NCBI GenBank assembly: GCA_049695995.1
Contig: JBAVTF010000115.1
Location: 1,669 to 65,668 of the forward strand
Direction of reading: 5' to 3'
From: Pirellulales bacterium
GTDB taxonomy: Bacteria; Planctomycetota; Planctomycetia; Pirellulales; UBA1268
Length of the DNA stretch: 64,000 nt
The stretch's first letter is position 1, and every line of letters begins with the position of its first letter. The translations under genes were made by a program, and so were the position numbers. A model generated the notes under the pieces. That model did no database searches and had not been told where the DNA came from. It was given only the letters and a program-made list of their open reading frames with translations. This document shows, one piece after another, positions 1-8,922 of the stretch.

Positions 1-572
1 CGACCGTGGGGCTGCCGCCGGCGATGGACCGACTCACTGCAGAGAACCCCGGTTATCATCTCGCCGTCTCGCTCCATGCCGCCGACGACGAGCTGCGGAC
101 GCGACTCGTTCCCGTGAACAAGGCGATCGGCGTGGAGGCGGTGATGGCCGCAGCCGACCGCTACTGGGAAGCCTCGGGCCGCCGGCTCACGTTCGAGTAC
201 GTCCTGCTCGGCGAAGTGAACGACTCGCCGGACCACGCCCGCCGGCTCGCCCGGCTCATCGGCGGCCGCGCGGCCCTGCTCAACGTGATCCCCTACAACC
301 CCGTCGCCGGCATGCCGTGGAAGGAGCCCACGAACGATGCCCGAGAGCGGTTCATCGGCGTGCTCGATTCAGCCGGCATCAACGTGCAGATCCGTCGCCG
401 CAAGGGAGCTCGGATCAACGCGGCCTGCGGACAGCTTCGTCGGCTGGCGGCCCAGGCAACGAGTGATCGGCCGCCGGCCAGTCAATCGCCAGTGGCTCAG
501 ACGAAGGAGCCGAACAGCAGCACGGCGGCGAGCACGACGCCGAGGATGCCCCCCAGCCACACCGCCCAGTGA
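1..572 (+). CDS. rlmN: Dual-specificity rRNA/tRNA m2A methyltransferase RlmN, C-terminal part (5' end lies outside the window)
   Basis: The ORF is open to the left window edge. It carries a radical-SAM RlmN/Cfr C-terminal pattern (LLNVIPYNP ... INVQIRRRKGARINAACGQL). A low-complexity tail follows, so the true stop is somewhat uncertain. Confidence 0.8.
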   Translation, partial: TVGLPPAMDRLTAENPGYHLAVSLHAADDELRTRLVPVNKAIGVEAVMAAADRYWEASGRRLTFEYVLLGEVNDSPDHARRLARLIGGRAALLNVIPYNPVAGMPWKEPTNDARERFIGVLDSAGINVQIRRRKGARINAACGQLRRLAAQATSDRPPASQSPVAQTKEPNSSTAASTTPRMPPSHTAQ

Positions 573-721
573 ACGGTGGCCAGGCCGATCGCAGCCGGAT
601 CCTCATGGCGAGTGGCGGCAAACACGAGGCTCGCCAGGGCAAGAAGCGGAAGCCCGAAGAACACGCCCGGCACCCGGTCGGCCAGTTGTGCGAACAGCAT
701 CGTCGGCATCACGTCGAACAT
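497..721 (-). CDS. Small hydrophobic membrane protein (about 2 TM), hypothetical
   Basis: This 74-aa ORF has two hydrophobic stretches (VFFGLPLLALASLVFAA and VWLGGILGVVLAAVLLFG). It lies directly downstream of the 763..1488 gene on the same strand and overlaps the rlmN tail. Confidence 0.35.
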   Translation of the reverse strand: MFDVMPTMLFAQLADRVPGVFFGLPLLALASLVFAATRHEDPAAIGLATVHWAVWLGGILGVVLAAVLLFGSFV

Positions 722-762
722 CGAAACGTTTCCCTTTCCCTGGGTGCGCGGCAGTGCCGCCG

Positions 763-1488
763 CTAGGTCTTCGTGGCAGCCGGCTGCCCGCCGCTCCCTG
801 CCGCTCCGTCCGTGGCCTGTTCGCCGGACGCTTCTCCATCCTGTTTTTTTGATTTCTTCGACTTGGAATCCGGCACCTCACGGAGCGGACCGGCCCACGC
901 GTCGTAGACGACGAGCAGGTTGAGCATGCCCGCGAGCACGGTGTAGAGCGTGCCAATGTCGAAGCTGCGGCCGAGCCGCTCGTGCCAGATCGAGAGCTGG
1001 TCGATCGTGCACTGTTTGAACGGTGGCCGGTCGACGAAGGCTTTGCGTTCGAGGCTCGGTTCAGCGGCGAGCACGCGTTCGGCGTAGGCAGCCGAGACGA
1101 ACTGCCCCTGGCGGAGCGGCGGCGCAAACCATGAACTCGTGAGGTAGGGCTGGCGGGCGGCGCCCGAGAGCCGCATCGACTGGAGGACGGCAGGTACGGC
1201 GACGGCGCCGATGCCGGCCTGGCCGAGGAATGCCAGCCGCGTCTCGCCCGGTCGCCAGGAGGCATAGACGACCCGGCCATCGCCGAGCCAGAGGCCGACG
1301 ATCAACGCCGTGAGCAGGCCCCCCATGAACAGGCCGCCCTTCGTGGTGCGACGCTGGTAGAGCTGGCCGAGGCCGGGCACGAGCCAGGAGAGCACGGCCG
1401 CGAGGGCGGGATTACGGAGGTCGATCGTCGAGCCGTCGTCCGGCGAGATGGCGACGAACCGCGGCGGTGCGGAATCCTGGCGAGCCAC
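763..1488 (-). CDS. Conserved membrane protein (TM2-like N-terminal helices), hypothetical
   Basis: This 241-aa ORF has a GTG start and a TM-pair motif (NPALAAVLSWLVPGLGQLYQRR..GGLFMGGLLTALIVGLWL). It ends in a Lys/Ser-rich acidic tail. Confidence 0.6.
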   Translation of the reverse strand: MARQDSAPPRFVAISPDDGSTIDLRNPALAAVLSWLVPGLGQLYQRRTTKGGLFMGGLLTALIVGLWLGDGRVVYASWRPGETRLAFLGQAGIGAVAVPAVLQSMRLSGAARQPYLTSSWFAPPLRQGQFVSAAYAERVLAAEPSLERKAFVDRPPFKQCTIDQLSIWHERLGRSFDIGTLYTVLAGMLNLLVVYDAWAGPLREVPDSKSKKSKKQDGEASGEQATDGAAGSGGQPAATKT

Positions 1489-1640
1489 GATTGAGTACCC
1501 ATGGAGGACGACCGACGCAGTCTATGGCATGTCCTGGCGGCCTGGAATGACCCGCCCGCACGAGGGCGTTTGCCGCCGCTTTCCATCTGCTACGATCCCA
1601 GCCATTCGCGTTTGCGGACACTTCGCAGATCAGGATCGTG

Positions 1641-1976
1641 ATGCATCGCAGACTGTTCGTTGTCGCTGCTGCCCTCGTCGTGGGCGGCTGCTCGTCCAAG
1701 AAAGCCAGGTCCGGGCTCGACCGCCTGCCTGCCGGCCCCGCCGGGGCTCGCAAGCGGATGAAGGGTCCGCAGACGATGGGCAACCTGCTCGTCGCCAGCT
1801 ACATCGACGACCTCAAGAGCCCGCAGGCGCAGAAGCGGCTGCGGGCGGCCGAGGAACTCGGCAACATGGGCGACGGCGCGAAGACCGCCCTGCCCGCGTT
1901 GCAGAAGCTCACGTCCGACAAGGACCCGAAGGTGAGCGCCGCGGCGAAGCAGGCGATCGCGTCGATCAAGAAGTAG
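1641..1976 (+). CDS. Lipoprotein with HEAT-like repeats
   Basis: The signal peptide has a lipobox (AALVVGGC). HEAT/PBS-lyase-like repeats are visible (RLRAAEELGNMGDGAKTALPALQKLTSDKDPKVSAAAKQAI). Confidence 0.65.
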   Translation: MHRRLFVVAAALVVGGCSSKKARSGLDRLPAGPAGARKRMKGPQTMGNLLVASYIDDLKSPQAQKRLRAAEELGNMGDGAKTALPALQKLTSDKDPKVSAAAKQAIASIKK

Positions 1977-1985
1977 AGAGGCTCG

Positions 1986-2876
1986 TCAGCCCCAGAACCG
2001 GCGAACGACCTGGAACCGCGGGGCTGTGGCTGCGGCGGGGGACGTGGCTGCCGACTCGGTGTGCTGCTGCTCGTCGATCCAGGTCGGAGCCAGCTCGCGC
2101 CAGACCCGTTCGACGGTGGCCGCATCGACTCGCTCGGCGGAGTCGCCTGCCGCGGCGACGAGGGCCAGTCGGGCGAGCGTGACCACCGTGCGGGGCACGC
2201 CGCCGGCAAACCGGGTCAGCGTCGCCACGGCCTCGGGCGAAAAAGTGTCGTCGGCGCCGCCGACGCGGCGGAGTTCGTGGACGAGGAAGGCGGCCACCTC
2301 GGCCTCACTCCATGGCGTCAGCTCGATCCGCACGGCCGCCCGATGCCGTACGGCAGCCGGCACGGCGGCAAGGCCTGCCGGTGAGGCGGTGGCGACCACG
2401 AGCGTGCGGGCAAAACGGGGCTCGACTGCGGCGACGATCCGCTCGATCCCCCCGACTGCATCGACAGGGCCGAGATCGACGTCGTCGAAAATGAGTACCG
2501 TCGTCCGTTCCATGAGCGTGTTTTCGCGGAGCCTGTCCTCGAGCTTCTGCCAGGCTCGCAGCGGTTCCGCGCGGCTGAGCGGATCGAGTGGCAGGCGTTC
2601 CAGCAGCAGATCGAGCCACTCGCCAGCCGGCAGGCCTCGCAGGGACAGCACCGCCACCTCGGCTCCCAGCCCGCCGAGGCGGCGGGCGGCGACGGCGGCC
2701 AAGTGGCTCTTGCCCATGCCGGCGTCGCCGACGACGAGGCATGACCGCTGCCGCTCCTCGATCACCCACTCCAGTCGCGCGAGCGCCTCGTCCTGCGAGG
2801 CTCCGCAGTAAAAGGCCTCGGGCTCGAGGCTACCGACGAACGGCGGGTCGGTGTGCGTGAGGCGATCGCGTACCAT
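1986..2876 (-). CDS. AAA-type P-loop ATPase (ExeA-like)
   Basis: Walker A is VVGDAGMGKSHL and Walker B-like is VLIFDDVD. I moved the start to the ATG at 2876 (MVRDRL...), which leaves room for the divergent rsmE promoter. Confidence 0.65.
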   Translation of the reverse strand: MVRDRLTHTDPPFVGSLEPEAFYCGASQDEALARLEWVIEERQRSCLVVGDAGMGKSHLAAVAARRLGGLGAEVAVLSLRGLPAGEWLDLLLERLPLDPLSRAEPLRAWQKLEDRLRENTLMERTTVLIFDDVDLGPVDAVGGIERIVAAVEPRFARTLVVATASPAGLAAVPAAVRHRAAVRIELTPWSEAEVAAFLVHELRRVGGADDTFSPEAVATLTRFAGGVPRTVVTLARLALVAAAGDSAERVDAATVERVWRELAPTWIDEQQHTESAATSPAAATAPRFQVVRRFWG

Positions 2877-2983
2877 GGCCGAAGTGTAGCGACGGAGGAT
2901 CCACCGGTCAGGATGAACTTCGCCGTGAAAACAGGGTTTTTCGAGCCGCGGTTGCATCCAGATCCGACACAGTGCTTCGATTC

Positions 2984-3694
2984 ATGAGCGAACGGTTTTT
3001 CATTCCGAGTCCGCCAGTGGGCGGCCGCGTGGTACTCACCGCCGACGAGGCGCGGCACCTCATTCGCGTCCTGAGAGCCCGCGTGGGTGACGATGTAGTC
3101 GTGTTTGCCGGCGAGGGAGTCGAGTGGCCCGCGCGCGTCACACGCCTCGCCCGCGACGAGGCCGAGCTCGAGACGGGGGCGGCGCGGCAGGATCCGCCGC
3201 TCGTCAGCCCCTCGCTGTCGATCGCCGTGGCGCTGCCGAAAGGGGAGCGGCAGAAGTGGCTCGTCGAGAAGCTGACGGAGCTCGGCGTGGCCCAACTCAT
3301 CCCCCTGGAGACCGAGCGGGGCGTGGCGGAGGCAACGCCGGCGGCCCGTGAGCGGCTGAGGCGCGGCGTGATCGAGGCCTGCAAGCAATGCGGCCGCAAC
3401 ACGCTGATGGCAATCGGTGAGCCGCGAACAGTGGCCGCGGTGCTCGCCGACATGCCGTCTGGCAGCAGCGCGGTCATCGCCGATCCGGGCGGCCCACCGC
3501 TCGACCCTCGCGGTCTCGCCGCCGGTGCGACGAACCTCCTCGCGCTCGTCGGTCCCGAAGGGGGCTTCACCGCGGCGGAGATCGCCGCGGCCGAGCAGGT
3601 CAGTGCGATCCGCGTCAGCCTCGGCCCGCACATCCTCCGGATCGAGACGGCCGCGATCGCCCTCGCCGCGCGGCTGGCCCAGGCACGTTTTTAA
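2984..3694 (+). CDS. rsmE: 16S rRNA m3U1498 methyltransferase RsmE
   Basis: The N-terminus is M.ERFF, and the C-terminal SPOUT motif is LVGPEGGFTAAEI...LGPHILRIETAA. The length is about 236 aa. Confidence 0.85.
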   Translation: MSERFFIPSPPVGGRVVLTADEARHLIRVLRARVGDDVVVFAGEGVEWPARVTRLARDEAELETGAARQDPPLVSPSLSIAVALPKGERQKWLVEKLTELGVAQLIPLETERGVAEATPAARERLRRGVIEACKQCGRNTLMAIGEPRTVAAVLADMPSGSSAVIADPGGPPLDPRGLAAGATNLLALVGPEGGFTAAEIAAAEQVSAIRVSLGPHILRIETAAIALAARLAQARF

Positions 3695-4488
3695 TCGCAG
3701 CAGGGGCAGCGCTGCGGCACGTCGATCACGAGCGTCGCCGCGTACGCCGTTTTTTCGTACCCCTCCCCCTTCTCGTCTGGCTTCACGAGGTGTGTCACGA
3801 CGAGGATCACGTTGCCATCCTTGGGCGTGTAGCTGCACCGCCCCTCGGCGTCGGTTCGGCGTTCATGCGCTGTATCGAACCCCTCTGACAGTGTCGTGCC
3901 CCGCGGGACGAACGACACCACCTGGTCGGCTAACGGCCGCCCCTTGAACAGGAGTTTCACGGTGATCGGCTTGTCCGGCCCGCAGCCGATCACGGGATGA
4001 CTCTCCAGCACGAATTCCAACGGGTGGCCGAGCGGACCTGGAAGCGGGCCTTGCGGCTTCGCCGGTGCGTCAAGCGACTCCGAGGCGAGGAAGTAGGTCT
4101 TGCCCCCCTTGAATCCCATGGCCCCGTGTCGCACACCCTGCCGAAAGTGGCCGACGCAGTGCAGCCCCTCGACGGCGGGCACGAATCGCCCCGACCAAAA
4201 GCCCTCCTTCGGGGCGTAACCGAGATCGACCATGTCGGGCACGAGGTCGGTGGTCCGGCCATCGGGGCCGACCACCTCGATCCGCACCTCGTCGAGTGAG
4301 CCGACCTTACTCGCGATCTTGAAGTCGCGGTGGTCGTTGCCATGGTTGCCAAGGAACAGGCCAACGTGCACGACGTCGTCGGGCCGCACGAGTCGCGGCG
4401 CTGCCTCGAGCCACGTGTCGTGAGCCCATACGGGAAGCGGGCTGATCGTCAGGCAGATCCCCGCCAGCATGAAATGGAATGCATGCAT
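3691..4488 (-). CDS. DUF4198-family periplasmic protein with a C-terminal CPCCD cysteine cluster
   Basis: A signal peptide is followed by AHDTWLE. The overall pattern is a DUF4198 (NikM-like periplasmic) beta-sandwich. The protein ends in ...VIDVPQRCPCCD. It lies 22 nt downstream of the DUF1559 gene. Confidence 0.7.
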   Translation of the reverse strand: MHAFHFMLAGICLTISPLPVWAHDTWLEAAPRLVRPDDVVHVGLFLGNHGNDHRDFKIASKVGSLDEVRIEVVGPDGRTTDLVPDMVDLGYAPKEGFWSGRFVPAVEGLHCVGHFRQGVRHGAMGFKGGKTYFLASESLDAPAKPQGPLPGPLGHPLEFVLESHPVIGCGPDKPITVKLLFKGRPLADQVVSFVPRGTTLSEGFDTAHERRTDAEGRCSYTPKDGNVILVVTHLVKPDEKGEGYEKTAYAATLVIDVPQRCPCCD

Positions 4489-4510
4489 CGAAACGTTCTT
4501 TCTCTGTGAG

Positions 4511-5623
4511 TTAGTCAAGGTTCACCACCTCTCCGCCGTTGATGCTGTGGAGTGCCCGGTGCACGGCCAGATCGATTTCGTCAGTGAGAAACGCCACGTG
4601 GCCGTCGGCGAAGAGCACATTGGCCCCGCCGCGATGCCAACTCCGGGGGCCGAAGAAGCCGGACCAGTGGACGACGTAGTCGGGGATCTGGCTGTTGGGG
4701 GGCAGGAAGCCGTTCGTGAGGCTGTTGCCCGCCGTGGTGGCGGCCCAGGCGAGTCCCCGGCCGCGCATCGACGGGCTGCTCGCGCCCCGCCAACTCGTAA
4801 TCGACCGCCACTGGTTGACGAGCGAATCGATGCTCTCCGTAGTGGGCGTGGCTCCGCTTGGAGGCACGAGCGTGCCGCTGTTCCAGCCCGTGGAGCCGTT
4901 GAGTGTGTACTGATATGGAAACGGAGGCGGCGACCCGGCGGGAAAGGTCGTGTCGTTGCCGATGCTGCGCACCGCTTCGCTACTGATCACGCTCTTCGAC
5001 GTGCCGTCGCTGATCTGCGAGATCCGGACCTTCGAGTTTTCGTACACGATCCCGTCGGTGGGTTTGGCGAAGTTCCAGAGCATTCCGCCCTGCCCGTTGG
5101 CCGTGGCGCTCCCGATGCTCACCATGTAGTTGTTGCCGCCGTAGCTGAAACTGCCAGACGTTTGCACAGCCGGCGCCCCATCACTGGGGCAGAGCAGCAC
5201 CTGGATCGGCGTGGCGAACGCGGTGACGAAAGCCGGATTGGGCTCCTGCGAGGAGAACGTGCCGCGAAACGCCGCCTGCTTGAAGTCGAAGGTGTCGGCC
5301 AGCGTCGCCTCCTCCATGTAGGGCAACACCCGCGCGTGCAGCGACCAGCCTCCCCCAGCCGACCAGGCGGCGGTGCCTGATGGCCGCACATCGGTCGATG
5401 GAAAGTGTCGCCGACCACTTTCAAAGTTCAGCAGTCCGAGTCCGAACTGCCTCAGGTTGCTCGTGCAGCTCATGCGTCGGGCCGCCTCGCGGGCCGACTG
5501 CACTGCAGGAAGGAGGAGACCGATCAAAGTGCCGATGATTGCGATGACGACCAGCAGCTCGACGAGCGTGAAGGCTCGCCTGAGCCGCGGGCCGGCAGGC
5601 CTCGCGGGGGTCTGGGTATGCAT
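4511..5623 (-). CDS. DUF1559 domain protein with a prepilin-type N-terminal cleavage/methylation motif
   Basis: The N-terminal motif is RRAFTLVELLVVIAIIGTLIGLLLPAVQSAREAARR, and the C-terminal motif is NVLFADGHVAF (H-X9-DG like). I set the start at ATG 5623 (MHTQTPARP...) rather than at the ORF-track start of 5941. Confidence 0.85.
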   Translation of the reverse strand: MHTQTPARPAGPRLRRAFTLVELLVVIAIIGTLIGLLLPAVQSAREAARRMSCTSNLRQFGLGLLNFESGRRHFPSTDVRPSGTAAWSAGGGWSLHARVLPYMEEATLADTFDFKQAAFRGTFSSQEPNPAFVTAFATPIQVLLCPSDGAPAVQTSGSFSYGGNNYMVSIGSATANGQGGMLWNFAKPTDGIVYENSKVRISQISDGTSKSVISSEAVRSIGNDTTFPAGSPPPFPYQYTLNGSTGWNSGTLVPPSGATPTTESIDSLVNQWRSITSWRGASSPSMRGRGLAWAATTAGNSLTNGFLPPNSQIPDYVVHWSGFFGPRSWHRGGANVLFADGHVAFLTDEIDLAVHRALHSINGGEVVNLD

Positions 5624-5780
5624 GGAGGGAGCGAGTCCGTGTGTGGATGTGGATGTGGAGTGGTGCCTGAGCAGCCGCGGTCGCGCACGGCTGCAGCCGT
5701 GAGGAGGCGGCGAAACAGCGCACAGGCGCGGGCGACCGCAGTGGCCGCACGTGCCCTCTGAGGGCCGGCAGAATGCCGCG

Positions 5781-6419
5781 TCAGGCGGCCCGGGGCGGCG
5801 GCAGGGCAGGGGCCGCAGAGATGCTGTCGGCGGCATGATCGCCGCAGATGCAGACTTCGACGAAAGGCGATTGCAGCGAGAGTTCGACCCGTGGTGGCGG
5901 CAGTGAACCACTGGCCGCGAGCCATTGGGTGACAATGCCACCGCAGGCGAGCATCGCCTGGAGCGTCACGGTGCGGAGTCGCGATGGCGCGGGTGACGCG
6001 GGCGGCGTGGCCTCTTTCTCTTCACGCGCACCGGCGCTGCAGCAGGTCGGCTTCTTCGTGGCCTTGGCGGCGCAGCATCCGCCGGCCGGCGCTGTCGGGG
6101 CGGCATCGGCCGCGACCCGGCGTTCGAGCGCGACGAGCACGGCTGGTTCGACGCCGTGGGCCTTCGCCCAGGCGAGCCGCTCGGCAGGCGTGTGGCAGCA
6201 GCAGTTTGCGAAGCACTGCTCGGCCGTCGCGCAGCCGCACGGTTTATCCATGCAGGGGAACGGCCAGGAGCGGTCCTTGGCGGCGAGCCGCGTGTCGGCC
6301 ACCGCGTCACCGCGCGGCGCCAGCATGCCCAGGGGCAGCGGCAGGCCGCTGGCGAGGAGCGCATAGCCGGCGATCGCCAGCCATGTCGTCGCCCGCTGCA
6401 GCCATGCAGGACTGTTCAT
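5781..6419 (-). CDS. Cysteine-rich membrane-anchored protein, hypothetical
   Basis: An N-terminal TM segment (WLAIAGYALLASGL) is followed by Cys clusters (PCMDKPCGCATAEQCFANCCCH, GGCCAAKATKKPTCCSAG, VCICGDH). The ATG is at 6419. It is the first gene of a three-gene minus-strand cluster. Confidence 0.5.
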   Translation of the reverse strand: MNSPAWLQRATTWLAIAGYALLASGLPLPLGMLAPRGDAVADTRLAAKDRSWPFPCMDKPCGCATAEQCFANCCCHTPAERLAWAKAHGVEPAVLVALERRVAADAAPTAPAGGCCAAKATKKPTCCSAGAREEKEATPPASPAPSRLRTVTLQAMLACGGIVTQWLAASGSLPPPRVELSLQSPFVEVCICGDHAADSISAAPALPPPRAA

Positions 6420-6515
6420 GCAGGACAGGCTACGACCATAGCCAATCCCGGTCAAACGCCGGCCCGCCTATCGCGGTGCGACCGAGCGATTGAAAAGACC
6501 GGTCGTTTCTGGTCG

Positions 6516-6543
6516 TTGATAGAATAATATACGCACGTACACT
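6516..6543 (+). promoter_or_regulatory. Candidate sigma70-like promoter (TTGATA-16 nt-TACACT) upstream of the Uma2 gene
   Basis: An AT-rich patch in otherwise GC-rich DNA contains TTGATA (6516-6521), a 16-nt spacer and TACACT (6538-6543). It sits about 25 nt before ATG 6568. The only support is resemblance to the consensus. Confidence 0.2.
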
Positions 6544-6567
6544 TTTCTGGTCACTTGTGGCGGGCGG

Positions 6568-7140
6568 ATGCTTGTCGGCGGAGGTGATCCGATGACGACC
6601 GCCAGCATGGTCACGACGGCCGAGCTGCTTTTTCAGGTGGCACCGGGCCTCGGCCGCTGCGAGCTCGTCGGCGGAGAGTTGCGCATGAGGTCACCGGCGG
6701 GTTCACGGCATGGGGCCGTCACGCTCCGCATCGCGACGCTGCTGGCCAACCATGTCGATGCCCACGGCCTCGGCCAGGTGTTCGCGGCTGAAACCGGCTT
6801 CATCTTGGCCCGCAATCCCGACACCGTGCGGGCGCCTGACGTCGCCTTTGTCAGCCGATACCGCCTCGAGACCGGTCTGCCGACCGGCTATTTCCCTGGC
6901 CCTCCCGATCTGGCTGTGGAAGTGCTGTCGCCCGACGACCGCCCCGCAGCCGTCGCGGCGAAGACCGCCGATTGGCTCGCCGCCGGCACGCGGCTCGTGT
7001 GGATTGTCGACCCCGCGACGCAATCGCTCGCAGCCCATGCTGCGGACGGAACCATCACCCGGTTCATGGCTTCTGACAAAGTGCCTGCCGGCGACGTCGT
7101 GCCCGGTTTTTCGCTGGCACTCGACCGCATCTTCAGCTGA
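6568..7140 (+). CDS. Uma2-family (DUF820) putative endonuclease
   Basis: The typical Uma2 pattern is present (ELVGGEL..SPAG..HG...VFAAETGF........RAPDVAFV......PDLAVEVLSP......K...W...G....WIVDP). Confidence 0.8.
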   Translation: MLVGGGDPMTTASMVTTAELLFQVAPGLGRCELVGGELRMRSPAGSRHGAVTLRIATLLANHVDAHGLGQVFAAETGFILARNPDTVRAPDVAFVSRYRLETGLPTGYFPGPPDLAVEVLSPDDRPAAVAAKTADWLAAGTRLVWIVDPATQSLAAHAADGTITRFMASDKVPAGDVVPGFSLALDRIFS

Positions 7141-7192
7141 CGCGTGCAGCGGCGCCACGGAGCGGCACCGTCGTCACAGAGCCCAGATGGAG

Positions 7193-7975
7193 TCACATGG
7201 CCCGGACGTAGTCGATCGCCGCCGCGAGCTCCTCGCGGGCGGTTCGCTCCTCGACCGGCTCGAGGCCGATCCAGCCGCGATAGGCCCGTTCCTCGAGGGC
7301 GGCGAACACCACCGGCAGATCGACCTGGCCAGTGCCGAGCGCGACCGCCCGACCACGGCCGGCGAAGGCGCCGGCCACCGCGTCGGTGGCGTGCACGCTC
7401 TCGATGTGCGGGCCGAGTGTGTCGACGGCCGCGACGGGATCGTGGCCATGCACGACGAGGGCACCCGTCACGAGGTCACAACTGACCGCTGCCTCCGGCA
7501 CGCTGGCGATGAGTCGCGCCAGATCGGTGGGGCTCGCGCGGCCCACCTCGGCGCAGAGCGTGGCCCCGACCCGCTGGCCCCACAGGCCGATGTCGGTGAG
7601 CACGTCCACGAGCAGTTGCCACTGCGGGCCTTCAGCCTCTGGTGGGATGTCGCCCAGGTGGTTGAGCACGATGCGGGCGCCGAACGCGTGGGCCAGATCG
7701 AGGGCCCGCTTCGTGGCGGCGATTCGACCCTCGAGCCGGTCGGCATCGGCATAGCCACCGCGGGTGCGGAACGTGACCGCCGACACGACGATCCCTTCGT
7801 CGCCGAGCCATTTGCGGATCTGTCGCAGGCCGGTCTGCGTGAGCTGGTCGGGGGCGAGGCCGCCGCGGGCGTCGAGTTCCACCGCCGCGAGGCCGAGATC
7901 GCGGGCCCGGCGCAGGGCTGTTCGCAGGTCGCGGGAGAGCGACACGGCGGCGGCGGAAAGGCGAGAGGTGTCCAA
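7193..7975 (-). CDS. Sugar phosphate isomerase/epimerase (xylose isomerase-like TIM barrel)
   Basis: This 260-aa ORF shows a TIM-barrel AP-endonuclease-2/xylose-isomerase-like pattern (GLAAVELD..., HLGDIP, LCAEV, GWIGLEP). The start is probably TTG and is uncertain. Confidence 0.65.
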   Translation of the reverse strand: MDTSRLSAAAVSLSRDLRTALRRARDLGLAAVELDARGGLAPDQLTQTGLRQIRKWLGDEGIVVSAVTFRTRGGYADADRLEGRIAATKRALDLAHAFGARIVLNHLGDIPPEAEGPQWQLLVDVLTDIGLWGQRVGATLCAEVGRASPTDLARLIASVPEAAVSCDLVTGALVVHGHDPVAAVDTLGPHIESVHATDAVAGAFAGRGRAVALGTGQVDLPVVFAALEERAYRGWIGLEPVEERTAREELAAAIDYVRAM

Positions 7976-8038
7976 GACTGTGACCTAGCGTGATCCACAA
8001 AACCGAGATCAGACCCGAGAGCATAGTATTCTGTCGCT

Positions 8039-8851
8039 ATGCCCTCGCTCGCCCAGGTCACTGCCGAACTCGAAAGAATCGCCCCGCTGCGGCTGGCGGC
8101 CGAGTGGGACGCCGTCGGCCTGCTCGTGGCACCGCGGCGGGACGCCATCGGCCGGGTGCTGACCTGTCTGTCGCTGACGCCCGCGGTAGCCGCCGAGGCC
8201 GTCCAGGAGCGGGCCGATCTCGTCGTCACGCACCATCCGCTGCCGTTTCGACCCGTGGGACGGATCACCGGCGACACTGGCACAGGCCGGGTGCTGCTCG
8301 ACCTCGTGCACGGCGGGTGCGGTGTCTGGAGCAGTCACACGGCCTGGGACTCGGCAGCCGGCGGAATCAATGATCAGCTGGCCGCGCTCATCCGACTGGC
8401 GCACGTGTCACCGATCGAGCCTGATGCCGAACTGCCCCTCGCGGGTTTCGGCCGTGCCGGCACGGCCCCCGATGGCGCGAGCGTCGCCGACGTGGGCCGG
8501 CGCATCGCCGCCGCGCTGAATGTGACGGTCGTAGAGATTGTCGGCGATGCCGATCGGCCCGCTGGTCGTGTTGGGATCGTCTGCGGCTCCGGGGGCAGTG
8601 CGGTTGCGGCGGTGCGCCGCGGCGGCTGCCAGACGCTGCTCACGGGCGAGCTCAAGCTGCACGAGGCGCTTGAGGCCGAAGCCGCCGGCCTGGCCGTGAT
8701 TGCCGTGGGGCACCACGCCAGCGAGCACTTTGCCATGCAGACCCTCGCCGAGCGGCTGGCCACGGCGATTCCGGGCCTCGTCTGCCAGGCGAGCCGCGCT
8801 GACCGCGATCCATTTACCGCCGTGGCGGTCTCCGACCGACCGGCGCTTTGA
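8039..8851 (+). CDS. Nif3-like dinuclear metal centre protein (YbgI family)
   Basis: Visible motifs are ADLVVTHHPLPF, SHTAWD and AVGHHASEH. The length of 270 aa is typical. Confidence 0.85.
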   Translation: MPSLAQVTAELERIAPLRLAAEWDAVGLLVAPRRDAIGRVLTCLSLTPAVAAEAVQERADLVVTHHPLPFRPVGRITGDTGTGRVLLDLVHGGCGVWSSHTAWDSAAGGINDQLAALIRLAHVSPIEPDAELPLAGFGRAGTAPDGASVADVGRRIAAALNVTVVEIVGDADRPAGRVGIVCGSGGSAVAAVRRGGCQTLLTGELKLHEALEAEAAGLAVIAVGHHASEHFAMQTLAERLATAIPGLVCQASRADRDPFTAVAVSDRPAL

Positions 8852-8922
8852 TCCGGGGTTTTTGCGCGCTATCCTCTAGCTGTGGTTCAGGCGTCGCCCT
8901 CCCAATGACCCAAGGCGGTTTT

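Noticed and set aside
5624-5941. The N-terminal 106-codon extension of the DUF1559 ORF in the track (start at 5941).
   Set aside because: DUF1559 and prepilin-type proteins begin a few residues before the FTLVELLVV motif. The extension is Arg/Pro/Cys-rich with no signal-peptide logic, and ATG 5623 gives the canonical architecture.
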